48,484 nucleotides of DNA from an uncultured Candidatus Saccharibacteria bacterium. GTDB lineage: Bacteria > Patescibacteriota > Andersenbacteria > UBA10190. The position numbers and the translations under genes were made by a program. The notes under the pieces were generated by a model. It saw nothing but the letters and a program-made list of their open reading frames with translations. It was not told the DNA's origin and searched no databases. Positions 8,163 to 16,287 of this stretch are shown here, piece by piece (position 1 is the stretch's first letter; every line of letters begins with the position of its first letter). Location of the stretch: contig CAYHTZ010000007.1 of assembly GCA_964359735.1 (NCBI GenBank), positions 1 to 48,484 on the forward strand, in the 5' to 3' direction.

Positions 8163-10393
8163 ACTTTTTCCTTGGTGAGTACCTGAAGCCGTTCCTGCAT
8201 CCGTTTGGCAAATGCAGCGAAGCCGTATCGCTCTTCAACATCCCGCGCCGCTCGCGCTCCCTTCTTTTGGGCTTCTTCTTGGTTATTCACTACGTCTCGC
8301 ATCGCTCGTGCCGCTGCCGCCACATCAGGGTCCGCCCATGTTCCACCGGCACGATATGGTCCGATATCGTGATTAAGTTTGATAAGCTGATAGGTAATGG
8401 GGTAACTATTTTCTTCATTCATATAATCCGTGTTTCCCGAATAGTTTGTGGCAATCGCCGGTTTGCTGTACATCATAGCCTCCGCCACAGTCACACCGAA
8501 CCCTTCTGACCGATGCAAGGAGACATAAGCATCGCAGTTCGCAATAAGCGCCTGCATGTCCGCGTGCTCCAACACGTCTTCAATCATTCTCCCTCCCACA
8601 CTCTCCAACTGCTCACGTAAGACGTGCCGCTGCTTAGGAAATGTGTGAGCATTCAGCACTTTCATCACAAGTATGGTGTCTGTTGAATTCATTCCAAATG
8701 CTTGTCGATACGCTTCAATAATTGCGTATGGATTTTTGCGCTCGATGTAACTGGCGAAATCAAATATAAACAAAAACATGAATTTGTCGGCAGGCAACCC
8801 TAGCCGCCTCCGAATAATGGTAGTAGGAAGTATCTTCTCAATGGGCGCACCTAATACCTTCACAGGAATATCGAGTTGAGATTGCACCGCCGCCTTTACG
8901 AACGAACTGCCCACCCAAACTTCATTGAGCAAGCTCTTGCGGTTCGCCCAATCCACCGGGAACTGCGGCAGCTCCCACGCCCAGTAGGCCACATTGATGG
9001 CGCCATTCCTCGCCACGCTCCCGTGCTGCGCCATTATTCCCGGTAAAATATCTGCGTTCACGTGCCACATGTTTAGTGCCAGTGTTTCTCTCAGCGGCTT
9101 CGGCAAATCTTCGACCACGACGCTGGCCCCGGGCGCTATCCCAAGATTCGTCCATGTTACCGGGGTATTTGTCTGTGCCAGTGCTCGCACGCTGCGCCGC
9201 GCTACTTCTCCCACACCGCCCGCATGGTCAAGAAAACCCACCACATTAATGCCGGGCGCCAAATGACCGATGGGCAGGGAGGAGACAACCCGTCCTGGCC
9301 GCAAAAACGCACGCTGCAAGGAGCCGATCGTTTTCCGTCCTAACAAAAATATCAGCGGCTTTTCCAGCCCGGCGGCGGCGAGGCCAGATGTCACCTGTCG
9401 ATACAACCACGGCGCCAGATCTTGCACTACCTGTTTACCTTGCCTGCCGGCCATAGCCTTGCCTGCCGGCCATAGCCTTGGCGTCGGCTGGGCGAAGGTG
9501 GGAGCCTGTATCTCTACGGACCACGACGACGTTTTTAAAAACCCCTTTTCCAAAAGACGCTTCCCATATTCATCGAAAATATTTTTAAGCTCCGGCAGCT
9601 TTTCAAACGTGAACCGATCCTGGTATTTCGAAATAACCTCGGGCTGCCGCGGGTCATAACCGCTGAAATGAAAGAATATGAGCGGCTGGCCGTTAACTCT
9701 ATACCCCTCTGGCGTCTCCGTTAGGCGCCGGTTACTGAAATCCCAATAGGCCATATTATGCCCGGGGTTGCGGTCTATCAAGACGCTTTCGTAAAACCCG
9801 GGTATCAAATCCATCCACTTCTGATCATAGTGTTCGTTCTTTTCCGGCGCGTTATGACTGTACGTAATGAGCCGTTCTTGCCACCAGGGCAGTAAGTGCT
9901 CGCTTTCTGCTCCGTGTGCCAGCCCCAAAAAACCTAAATTATAAATCCCTGCTTGAAACACGGTGAATTCATTCGGCCGCCTCTCTTCATCAAGCGGGCC
10001 CAAAATGTGCGGTGTCAGAATAATCGCGGATGTTTGCAATCGCTTCCAAATCGAATCAATGGGTCCGTAAAAATAAATATCCGGGTCGAAATAGCACACG
10101 TGCGCGAGACGTCGCTTCTCAAACAAATATTCCAACAAGAATGGTTTTACCGCTGTGCAAAGTTCGGCAACAGTGTACCGTTGTACCATCTCTGTGAGCC
10201 GTGGAATATCGAGGTCTCTAATCTGTACGGTTTCAAATTTTTCCCGCCGCGGGTCAAACTTCCCATTAATTTCATCCACAACCAGCACAAACACCTTCCC
10301 CTGAGGGTGAAATTTCAAAAACGACTCCGTCAGGCACCTCGCCTGCGCCAGGTAGTTCTTGGCAATAATCGTGCAGATGACAGGGTGCTCCAT
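8138..10393 (-). CDS. Two-domain glycosyltransferase: N-terminal GT-A (GT8-like) fused to C-terminal GT-B (GT4-like)
   Basis: N: CTIIAKNYLAQA, ELCTAVKP, YFDPDI, YNLGFLG, DQKWMD, FFHFSG. C: YWAWELP, FDFASYIERKNP, YVSLHRSEGFG, IATNYSGNTDY. Confidence 0.88.
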   Translation of the reverse strand: MEHPVICTIIAKNYLAQARCLTESFLKFHPQGKVFVLVVDEINGKFDPRREKFETVQIRDLDIPRLTEMVQRYTVAELCTAVKPFLLEYLFEKRRLAHVCYFDPDIYFYGPIDSIWKRLQTSAIILTPHILGPLDEERRPNEFTVFQAGIYNLGFLGLAHGAESEHLLPWWQERLITYSHNAPEKNEHYDQKWMDLIPGFYESVLIDRNPGHNMAYWDFSNRRLTETPEGYRVNGQPLIFFHFSGYDPRQPEVISKYQDRFTFEKLPELKNIFDEYGKRLLEKGFLKTSSWSVEIQAPTFAQPTPRLWPAGKAMAGRQGKQVVQDLAPWLYRQVTSGLAAAGLEKPLIFLLGRKTIGSLQRAFLRPGRVVSSLPIGHLAPGINVVGFLDHAGGVGEVARRSVRALAQTNTPVTWTNLGIAPGASVVVEDLPKPLRETLALNMWHVNADILPGIMAQHGSVARNGAINVAYWAWELPQFPVDWANRKSLLNEVWVGSSFVKAAVQSQLDIPVKVLGAPIEKILPTTIIRRRLGLPADKFMFLFIFDFASYIERKNPYAIIEAYRQAFGMNSTDTILVMKVLNAHTFPKQRHVLREQLESVGGRMIEDVLEHADMQALIANCDAYVSLHRSEGFGVTVAEAMMYSKPAIATNYSGNTDYMNEENSYPITYQLIKLNHDIGPYRAGGTWADPDVAAAARAMRDVVNNQEEAQKKGARAARDVEERYGFAAFAKRMQERLQVLTKEKVWQRVLVL
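9438..9503 (+). repeat. Composite CYTGCC-hairpin element with a 19-bp tandem duplication in the GT interdomain linker
   Basis: CCTTGCCTGCCGGCCATAG x2 (9438-56, 9457-75), then CCTTGGCGTCGGC, then tail GCGAAGGTGGGAG shared with 6221-6233. Confidence 0.85.
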
Positions 10394-10410
10394 AGCCGTA
10401 TAATCCTAGC

Positions 10411-11001
10411 ATGCTCCCGAGCCGCGTTTTTCAGAAGATCTACACCAAAAACCGCTGGCTGTTTGGGTCAGGGGAGGGGTCGCTACCAGAAATCACCCAA
10501 AAGTATCGGGAATTCCTACAGAAGTTCTTGCGCGAAAAGAACATTCGCACAGTCGTCGATATTGGCTGTGGGGATTGGCAATTTTCGCGGCTGATTGATT
10601 GGAGTAGTATCCAATACCTAGGCCTCGACGTTGTCCCCGAAATAATTAAGGAAAATCAACGCTTGTTTGGTTCCCAAAATATTTCTTTCGCCGTCAGCGA
10701 TGTTTCAAGAGAAGCTCCACCGCCCGCTGATCTTGTCCTAGTGAAAGACGTTTTTCAACATTGGCCGAACGCTGCCATTCAGAGATGGCTACCGAAGCTC
10801 AACAACTACCGCTACGGCCTTATTACCAACGATGCCGACGAGCGCACTAACGTTGACATTGCGTTCGGCGAGCACCGAGCTGTTGATATCACGTTGCCTC
10901 CCTTCAATACTGCTGTTGAAAAAGTTCTCGAGTACTCTGGCGTTGATGTTTCCGGCAAACCTTGGCGTAAAGTTACTTATTTGTGGGCCACGAGTGCATA
11001 G
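10411..11001 (+). CDS. Class I SAM-dependent methyltransferase
   Basis: SGEGS, VVDIGCGDWQF, YLGLDVV, DLVLVKDVFQHW. Confidence 0.88.
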   Translation: MLPSRVFQKIYTKNRWLFGSGEGSLPEITQKYREFLQKFLREKNIRTVVDIGCGDWQFSRLIDWSSIQYLGLDVVPEIIKENQRLFGSQNISFAVSDVSREAPPPADLVLVKDVFQHWPNAAIQRWLPKLNNYRYGLITNDADERTNVDIAFGEHRAVDITLPPFNTAVEKVLEYSGVDVSGKPWRKVTYLWATSA

Positions 11002-11801
11002 TTGCCATACCAGGGGCCGTGTGTGAGGGAGAAGCCGTCATCAGTTAAGTACAGAATTTCAACGTCGGTAAACCCACCCACCCGTGCTGCCCATTCCAAA
11101 AATTCCGGAAAGAGTGGCCGCACATGGGTGGGGTCGAGCCAGAATAGTTTAAATGCCGGCAAGCTATGAGGGTTCGGCGTTTCTACCACAAGCTTCCCTC
11201 CCGGGGCCAAAACTTTCCAAGCCAGCGGAAAAAACTCAATCACTTTGTCAATTAGCAGATGTTCCAGCACATGACAAGAAAAAATCCCGTCTTGAGAATT
11301 TTCCGCCAGGGAAGCGAGGTAGGCGGCAGCCTCGGCCCTCTGTACATTCTTCAATCCCTTTGCCTGACAAGCCTTAATCATTTCCGGTGAGCTATCTGTG
11401 CCAGACGCCGCCATGCCTTCTTTTTGCAAAAGCTCCAAAAATTCCCCTCGTCCGCACCCCACATCGAGCACGTTCCTCCCATCCTCAAAAAACTTGAGAT
11501 ACCGTTTGTTTCGGTTAGAAATGATCGATGAATCCCGGAAAATGTTTTCAAAATCTACATAATCATCTCCGCGCTTCACTCGATCTTGCCAGCCTGCCGG
11601 CAGAGCCGGTTGGAAATTCATTTGGGCTTGAATACGATCCTCGCCGGCAGCATCCGCCTCCGCAAATTCTTTTCGCAATGATTGCTGAAGATGTACATCC
11701 TTACGCTGTACCAGCGCCTCAACCTTGCCGTGCACAAAGCGCCAAAGAAACCCTTCTAGTTTTTTGCCTAACCAGGCCCTCATCCTTGATATCATACTCA
11801 C
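10977..11801 (-). CDS. SAM-dependent methyltransferase of Wzm/Wzt-type glycan clusters (possible chain terminator)
   Basis: DYVDFENIFR, VLDVGCGRGEFLELL, FSCHVLEHL, LAPGGKLVVETPNP, FWLDPTHVRP; directly downstream of wzt. Confidence 0.88.
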   Translation of the reverse strand: MSMISRMRAWLGKKLEGFLWRFVHGKVEALVQRKDVHLQQSLRKEFAEADAAGEDRIQAQMNFQPALPAGWQDRVKRGDDYVDFENIFRDSSIISNRNKRYLKFFEDGRNVLDVGCGRGEFLELLQKEGMAASGTDSSPEMIKACQAKGLKNVQRAEAAAYLASLAENSQDGIFSCHVLEHLLIDKVIEFFPLAWKVLAPGGKLVVETPNPHSLPAFKLFWLDPTHVRPLFPEFLEWAARVGGFTDVEILYLTDDGFSLTHGPWYGNYALVAHK

Positions 11802-11809
11802 AGCCTACC

Positions 11810-12544
11810 CTATACCAGACTCTGCTGATACCGCTCAACGACCGCCGCTGTCGGCCCGACCGTAACCAATCTACCTCGCTCTAAGTAGGCGGCTCTATCA
11901 CACCACTGTAAAATATTCGGCAGCGCATGGTTAATAAACACGACTGTACGGCCTTCGTGACGGAATCTCTTGAGCTCAATTTCACACTTACGGTGAAACT
12001 CCTCATCGCCTACGAGTAGAACTTCATCCAAAAGCATAATCGGTGCCGGAACTTGAGTTGCTAAAGCAAACCCAAGTCGCAGCTTCATGCCAGCCGAAAA
12101 ATGATTAAGCGGCGCGTCCATAAATTCTGCTAGCCCCGAAAACTCTACTATCTGCGGTAAACAATCCTCAACGGCTAATCGGGAAAGCCCTAACATCATC
12201 CCACCCACTACCACATTCTCCCGGGCAGTGAGGTCGCCTTGAAATCCAATCCCCAAGTCAAACAACGGCAAACATCGCCCGCTTGTCTCTACCCGGCCGC
12301 TGTCCGGAGTGTAAATACCCGCGATAATTTTGAGGAGTGTCGATTTCCCACTGCCATTCGGACCAATCAGCCCGAAGAATTCCCCTCTCTTAATGTCCAG
12401 CGAAATGTGGTCCAGCGCCGTAAGCGTTTCCCACCGCGGCCGCTGTCCTCGGAAAAAATCAAGAACACTTTCGCGCACTGTCCGCGGCCGGGCATAGCGG
12501 ATCTGAAATGTTTTAGTGATGTCCGAAAGCGAAATCGCACTCAT
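11810..12544 (-). CDS. wzt: Polysaccharide ABC exporter ATP-binding subunit
   Basis: GPNGSGKST (Walker A), FSAGMKLRLGF, LLDEVLLVGDEEF; no C-terminal carbohydrate-binding extension. Confidence 0.93.
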   Translation of the reverse strand: MSAISLSDITKTFQIRYARPRTVRESVLDFFRGQRPRWETLTALDHISLDIKRGEFFGLIGPNGSGKSTLLKIIAGIYTPDSGRVETSGRCLPLFDLGIGFQGDLTARENVVVGGMMLGLSRLAVEDCLPQIVEFSGLAEFMDAPLNHFSAGMKLRLGFALATQVPAPIMLLDEVLLVGDEEFHRKCEIELKRFRHEGRTVVFINHALPNILQWCDRAAYLERGRLVTVGPTAAVVERYQQSLV

Positions 12545-13317
12545 AAGTAGTCAACCATGCGAGCTTTAAGACGGGAATATATAAACATGCCTCCAAACAG
12601 AACTGCGAAGGTAATTGTGAGCAAGAGCACAAGTACTGCCGGCGAGGTGTACCGGTCAAACAGTAACGCTTCTCGTTGAAAATGAATAATATATCCCACC
12701 GGGTTCAGCCATAGTGCCGGCTGCCATTGGGGGGGAATTAATGTCAGGGAGTAAATAATGGGCGCACTGTAAAATCCCAGAGTTAGCACCACTTCCCAAA
12801 TTTGCCCCAAGTCTCGGAACAGCACGTGCAGAGGCGCAAGGGCGAGACTCGTACCAAGTATTAATAGAGTGAGACACACTAAAAAGAGGAGAGAGTACCC
12901 AATCGAAAAGAGACTTGGCACCATTCCTTGCGCCAAGTAAAACCCTGCCAAAATGACAAGATTAATCCCAAACGTGATAGTGACATGTACAATCGATGCA
13001 GAAAGTATCACGTAGCGCGGCAGAGAAATATTTTTGAGCAGATGGGCATTTGCCAGGAATGAATGCAGACCCGCCCGGGTACCTTCCGCAAAATAGGTCC
13101 ACACAATAATGCCGGTGAGCAGGTGGAGGGCATAGTGGGGAATAGATGCCCGGAAAACCAGAGAAAATACGAATAATAGAATCAGAAACAGAAGTAAGGG
13201 TTGCAGTATCGCCCATACGTACCCCAGAATGGACCCCGCATACCGCAGCTTGAATTGCGTCTTGGCCAGCTCCCACACCAGCGGCCAATTCCGTACTATG
13301 GTAGGTACATGCCCCAT
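12541..13317 (-). CDS. wzm: Polysaccharide ABC exporter permease
   Basis: LVWELAKTQFKLRYAGSILGYVWAILQP, FRDLGQIW, FYSAPIIY, LNP. Start set to ATG 13317; the track's extra 138 aa are antisense to the GT9 gene. Confidence 0.92.
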   Translation of the reverse strand: MGHVPTIVRNWPLVWELAKTQFKLRYAGSILGYVWAILQPLLLFLILLFVFSLVFRASIPHYALHLLTGIIVWTYFAEGTRAGLHSFLANAHLLKNISLPRYVILSASIVHVTITFGINLVILAGFYLAQGMVPSLFSIGYSLLFLVCLTLLILGTSLALAPLHVLFRDLGQIWEVVLTLGFYSAPIIYSLTLIPPQWQPALWLNPVGYIIHFQREALLFDRYTSPAVLVLLLTITFAVLFGGMFIYSRLKARMVDYL

Positions 13318-14397
13318 AACCTTCCTCAGCATATCGAACGTATTCTTGTCTTCAAAATCGGCGCCATTGGGGATGTCCTCTTGACCACACCCCTCATTCG
13401 CTCTCTGCGCTGTCGCTTCCCCGATGCGCGGATTGACTACCTGACCGGCGATCACTCTGCTCCCGCTCTCGCAAACAACCCGCATGTTAATGAAGCCATT
13501 CGCTTCAACGACGAAATTGTTCAAACGCGCAGCGTTCCTCGGCTCCTGGGGTTGGCTGTCAAAATCCGCCGCCGAAAGTACGACGTCATCTTGGTTCTCG
13601 ACCCCGGCTGGCAAGCCGGCCTTCTTGCCACTTTCTTTGGTGGCTTCCGCATCGGTTTCGATCGCGCGGGCGAAGGCAAGTTTCACTACCGCACTATTCC
13701 ATTTCATGCCACTCGGCATGATAGCAAACAATATCTCACCCTCGGAAAACTACTAGGTTACGAGACTGGTGATACGACGTTAGAACTCTTTCGCACTGCG
13801 GATGATGAATACAGAGCGGAAGAGCTTCTGAAAAATGTTTCCATTCCCCGCGTAGTGCTTTGCCCTGGCGGTGCCAAGAATCCCTACCAAGACATGCCCT
13901 CTCGTCGTTGGCCAGCGCACCAGTACCGCGAACTTGCCAATAAACTTGAAGCAGCCGGATTTTCTGCTGTGATACTAGGAAGCCAGACAGATGCAGACGT
14001 TGCCTGCGAAGTTGTTACACCGCGTAGCCTTAACCTGGTCGGTCGAACAACATTGGCCCAAGCAGCCGCTGTCATGGAAAGGTGCCAAGCAGTTGTTACA
14101 CACGACCAAGGACTCATGCATGTTGCCGCTACTAGTCGCACTCCCATAGCGGCCCTCTTTGGCCCCACTGATCCGCGTCGCAAAGGCCCTTTAGGAAAAA
14201 AGCATCACATCATCTGGCACGCCAGTGAGCCCTGTGAGCATAATGGAAAGCTTTTTCAGTGCGGACCTGCTCACGATATGCGGGCCATTTCTATCAACGA
14301 AGTTTTTGAAATTGTTTCTGACATCGTTTCTTCCTCAGTACGTAACATCTTGTCTGCAGTTGCTAGTACCTCTTCCACTGTTATAGCACGCACATAA
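13309..14397 (+). CDS. Glycosyltransferase family 9 (heptosyltransferase-like)
   Basis: ILVFKIGAIGDVLLTTP, VLCPGGA, RRWP, VTHDQGLMHVAA, ALFGPTDP. Start set to ATG 13309. Confidence 0.9.
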   Translation: MPHNLPQHIERILVFKIGAIGDVLLTTPLIRSLRCRFPDARIDYLTGDHSAPALANNPHVNEAIRFNDEIVQTRSVPRLLGLAVKIRRRKYDVILVLDPGWQAGLLATFFGGFRIGFDRAGEGKFHYRTIPFHATRHDSKQYLTLGKLLGYETGDTTLELFRTADDEYRAEELLKNVSIPRVVLCPGGAKNPYQDMPSRRWPAHQYRELANKLEAAGFSAVILGSQTDADVACEVVTPRSLNLVGRTTLAQAAAVMERCQAVVTHDQGLMHVAATSRTPIAALFGPTDPRRKGPLGKKHHIIWHASEPCEHNGKLFQCGPAHDMRAISINEVFEIVSDIVSSSVRNILSAVASTSSTVIART

Positions 14398-15488
14398 CGA
14401 GAGGGGTCACCGCTGATACGTAGCATTCCCGGCACTTCGCCGCGGCTCACATTGATAATGGGGTTATCTTCCAGCTGGTGATATAGTGCCTGATTTTTTG
14501 GGCCGTATGGTCCCAACCGTACCGGCGTCTCCGGGCCAAATAACCCCAGCGTTGGTGCTACCATCGCCGCTGATACATGCATGAGCCCGCCGTCGTTCGC
14601 AATAGTTAGTCGGCACTGGGAAAGAAGTTCCGCCACTTCCGGTAAACTCAAATCTGAAACTATTCGCGCGGAGTTTTTCATCTTCTTCTGCACATCGCGC
14701 AGGATTGGTTCGTCAGCTTCATCTCCCACCAACACTATTTCGCACCCATGTTTCCCAACCAAATAATCCGCCACTTGCGCAAATCGCTCCACCGGCCACC
14801 TACGAAAATCCACGCCGCCACCAGGCGCCAGAGCTATTGTTAAGTGTGTCGCGGGCCCCGCCTTCGCTAAAGCTTCGGCGGGCAGGCCTGCCTTTGTTCC
14901 AGCGCGCGGCGCCCCTCGTAGCCTTGGCGTAGTGGGGTCACCCGCGACAGCTATAAGATTCATCGGAACTTCTTCCTCAACCTCCACCGCCCGCACCAAA
15001 TCAAAATTTGTTTTTACCACGTGCTGGTCATCTTGATAGGGAACAGCCTTCGTGTACAGCTTGCCGCGTGTCAACGTATCAAACCCCAGCGAATATTTTC
15101 CGATCATCCGCGCCAGAAACGCCGACACATAAAAATACGGCTCGAAATCAATCGCGATATCAAATTTTTTCCTGTGCTGAAACACCCAATGTACACTTCG
15201 TAGGTGTAAGTTGGGTCGCAGGACCACAACTTCATCAATAAACGCTTGTCCCCGAAAAACATCTACCGCTCGCGGCGTTGTTACAACCGTGATTTTCGCC
15301 CCCGGCCATTGTGTTTTTAACGCCTGTATCGCCGGCAACGCCAACAAACTTTCCCCAATCGCCCACAGGCGGATGACTCCTAGGCTTTGAGGTGGTCTTG
15401 TGAGTGGGGCTTCTGCGAGAGGCATGAAAAACCGTGCCAGCTTTCCTAGGTATCGATCTATGTATAGTAGGTAACGCTTTTTTCCCAT
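14271..15488 (-). CDS. Glycosyltransferase family 9 (heptosyltransferase-like), second copy
   Basis: VIRLWAIGESLL, ALAPGGG, RRWPVERF, IANDGGLMHVSAA, LGLFGPETP; in-frame insertion between the two Rossmann domains. Confidence 0.9.
   Translation of the reverse strand: MGKKRYLLYIDRYLGKLARFFMPLAEAPLTRPPQSLGVIRLWAIGESLLALPAIQALKTQWPGAKITVVTTPRAVDVFRGQAFIDEVVVLRPNLHLRSVHWVFQHRKKFDIAIDFEPYFYVSAFLARMIGKYSLGFDTLTRGKLYTKAVPYQDDQHVVKTNFDLVRAVEVEEEVPMNLIAVAGDPTTPRLRGAPRAGTKAGLPAEALAKAGPATHLTIALAPGGGVDFRRWPVERFAQVADYLVGKHGCEIVLVGDEADEPILRDVQKKMKNSARIVSDLSLPEVAELLSQCRLTIANDGGLMHVSAAMVAPTLGLFGPETPVRLGPYGPKNQALYHQLEDNPIINVSRGEVPGMLRISGDPSRYVRAITVEEVLATADKMLRTEEETMSETISKTSLIEMARIS
14856..14892 (-). repeat. 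CYTGCC-hairpin element (family A), in frame in GT9
   Basis: Minus strand GGCAGGCCTGCCCGCCGAAGCTTTAGCGAAGGCGGGG, read as KAGLPAEALAKAG. Confidence 0.9.
14911..14939 (+). repeat. Family A hairpin variant, in frame in GT9
   Basis: GCCCCTCGTAGCCTTGGCGTAGTGGGGTC; inner stem GCC-TT-GGC replaces GCT-TT-AGC (compensatory change). Confidence 0.75.
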
Positions 15489-15546
15489 TGTAAAAATCGC
15501 ATTAATGAGCCAGAGTAATGGTATTAGCCTCTAAAAGTAATCTACT

Positions 15547-16164
15547 ATGAAGCAACCCGGGAATGAAGGTGAGCCGTCAAGAATATTTTGGGCAGCTGAC
15601 GGTGCCGGCGGTGGGGGACCAGTTGGGGATGCCGCTGCTACACAAAAAGCAGAATTGCTGCAAAGGTACGGGGCCCAACTTGGCACGCTCTATGAGTCTA
15701 TGCGCACGGACGCGCGAATGGTGCCAGTACTGGTCGAGTATAGGAAAGCTTTACTCGCTGGGGCTGGTGAGGAGGAAAGTCTAGATCAACATTGGAGTAC
15801 AGTGGAAGATTATTTAACAACTTCACCTGGCTTCCAAGATAATCTCAGAGAAACGCTGCCCGTTCTTCGCGAGTTCGTTGAGGGGAAACTCAGAGAGCCT
15901 ACGGTAGACGAAAGAATGGAGCCGTGGGCAAAAAGCCAACGCAAAGAGCTAATGAGAAGAGACGCTCGCAGCTTAATCGCGCTAAGCAAACAGGGGGGAG
16001 ACGCAGACTGGAAAGATGAGCTGCTGAAGATTTTACAAGAAGAAATTGCCAGAGATGCCGCTGCGCAAGCAGAAAGTGGAAGTGTGTTAGACGAAAGCCG
16101 TCCTGAAGATGAAGAACCATTGGATAGTTCTCACGTAAAAACGCGGCCTCCTGAAGATACGTGA
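15547..16164 (+). CDS. Hypothetical acidic helical protein
   Basis: 205-aa ATG ORF filling the gap; Gly-rich N-terminus (FWAADGAGGGG); no family recognised. Confidence 0.65.
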   Translation: MKQPGNEGEPSRIFWAADGAGGGGPVGDAAATQKAELLQRYGAQLGTLYESMRTDARMVPVLVEYRKALLAGAGEEESLDQHWSTVEDYLTTSPGFQDNLRETLPVLREFVEGKLREPTVDERMEPWAKSQRKELMRRDARSLIALSKQGGDADWKDELLKILQEEIARDAAAQAESGSVLDESRPEDEEPLDSSHVKTRPPEDT

Positions 16165-16252
16165 CCGTCGACAGATTTGAAATTAATGACAATCTAAAAC
16201 GGCGGGCGTCCTACATTAAGTAATTGCGGCTGTTTCGTTAGGACAAGGCTGC

Positions 16253-16281
16253 TTGCAATAAAGCGAAAAACGTGCTAAAAT
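16253..16281 (+). promoter_or_regulatory. Sigma70-type promoter, leaderless to GTG 16288
   Basis: TTGCAA-N17-TAAAAT with TGn extension; 6 nt to the start codon. Confidence 0.7.
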
Positions 16282-16287
16282 AGCGAA

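Noticed and set aside
13318-13731. 138-aa N-terminal extension of Wzm (and similar track extensions at 4772-4924, 21851-21961, 30588-30656, 36000-36116, 41036-41215)
   Set aside because: They overlap other genes or tRNAs, are not protein-like, and lie upstream of better-supported starts.
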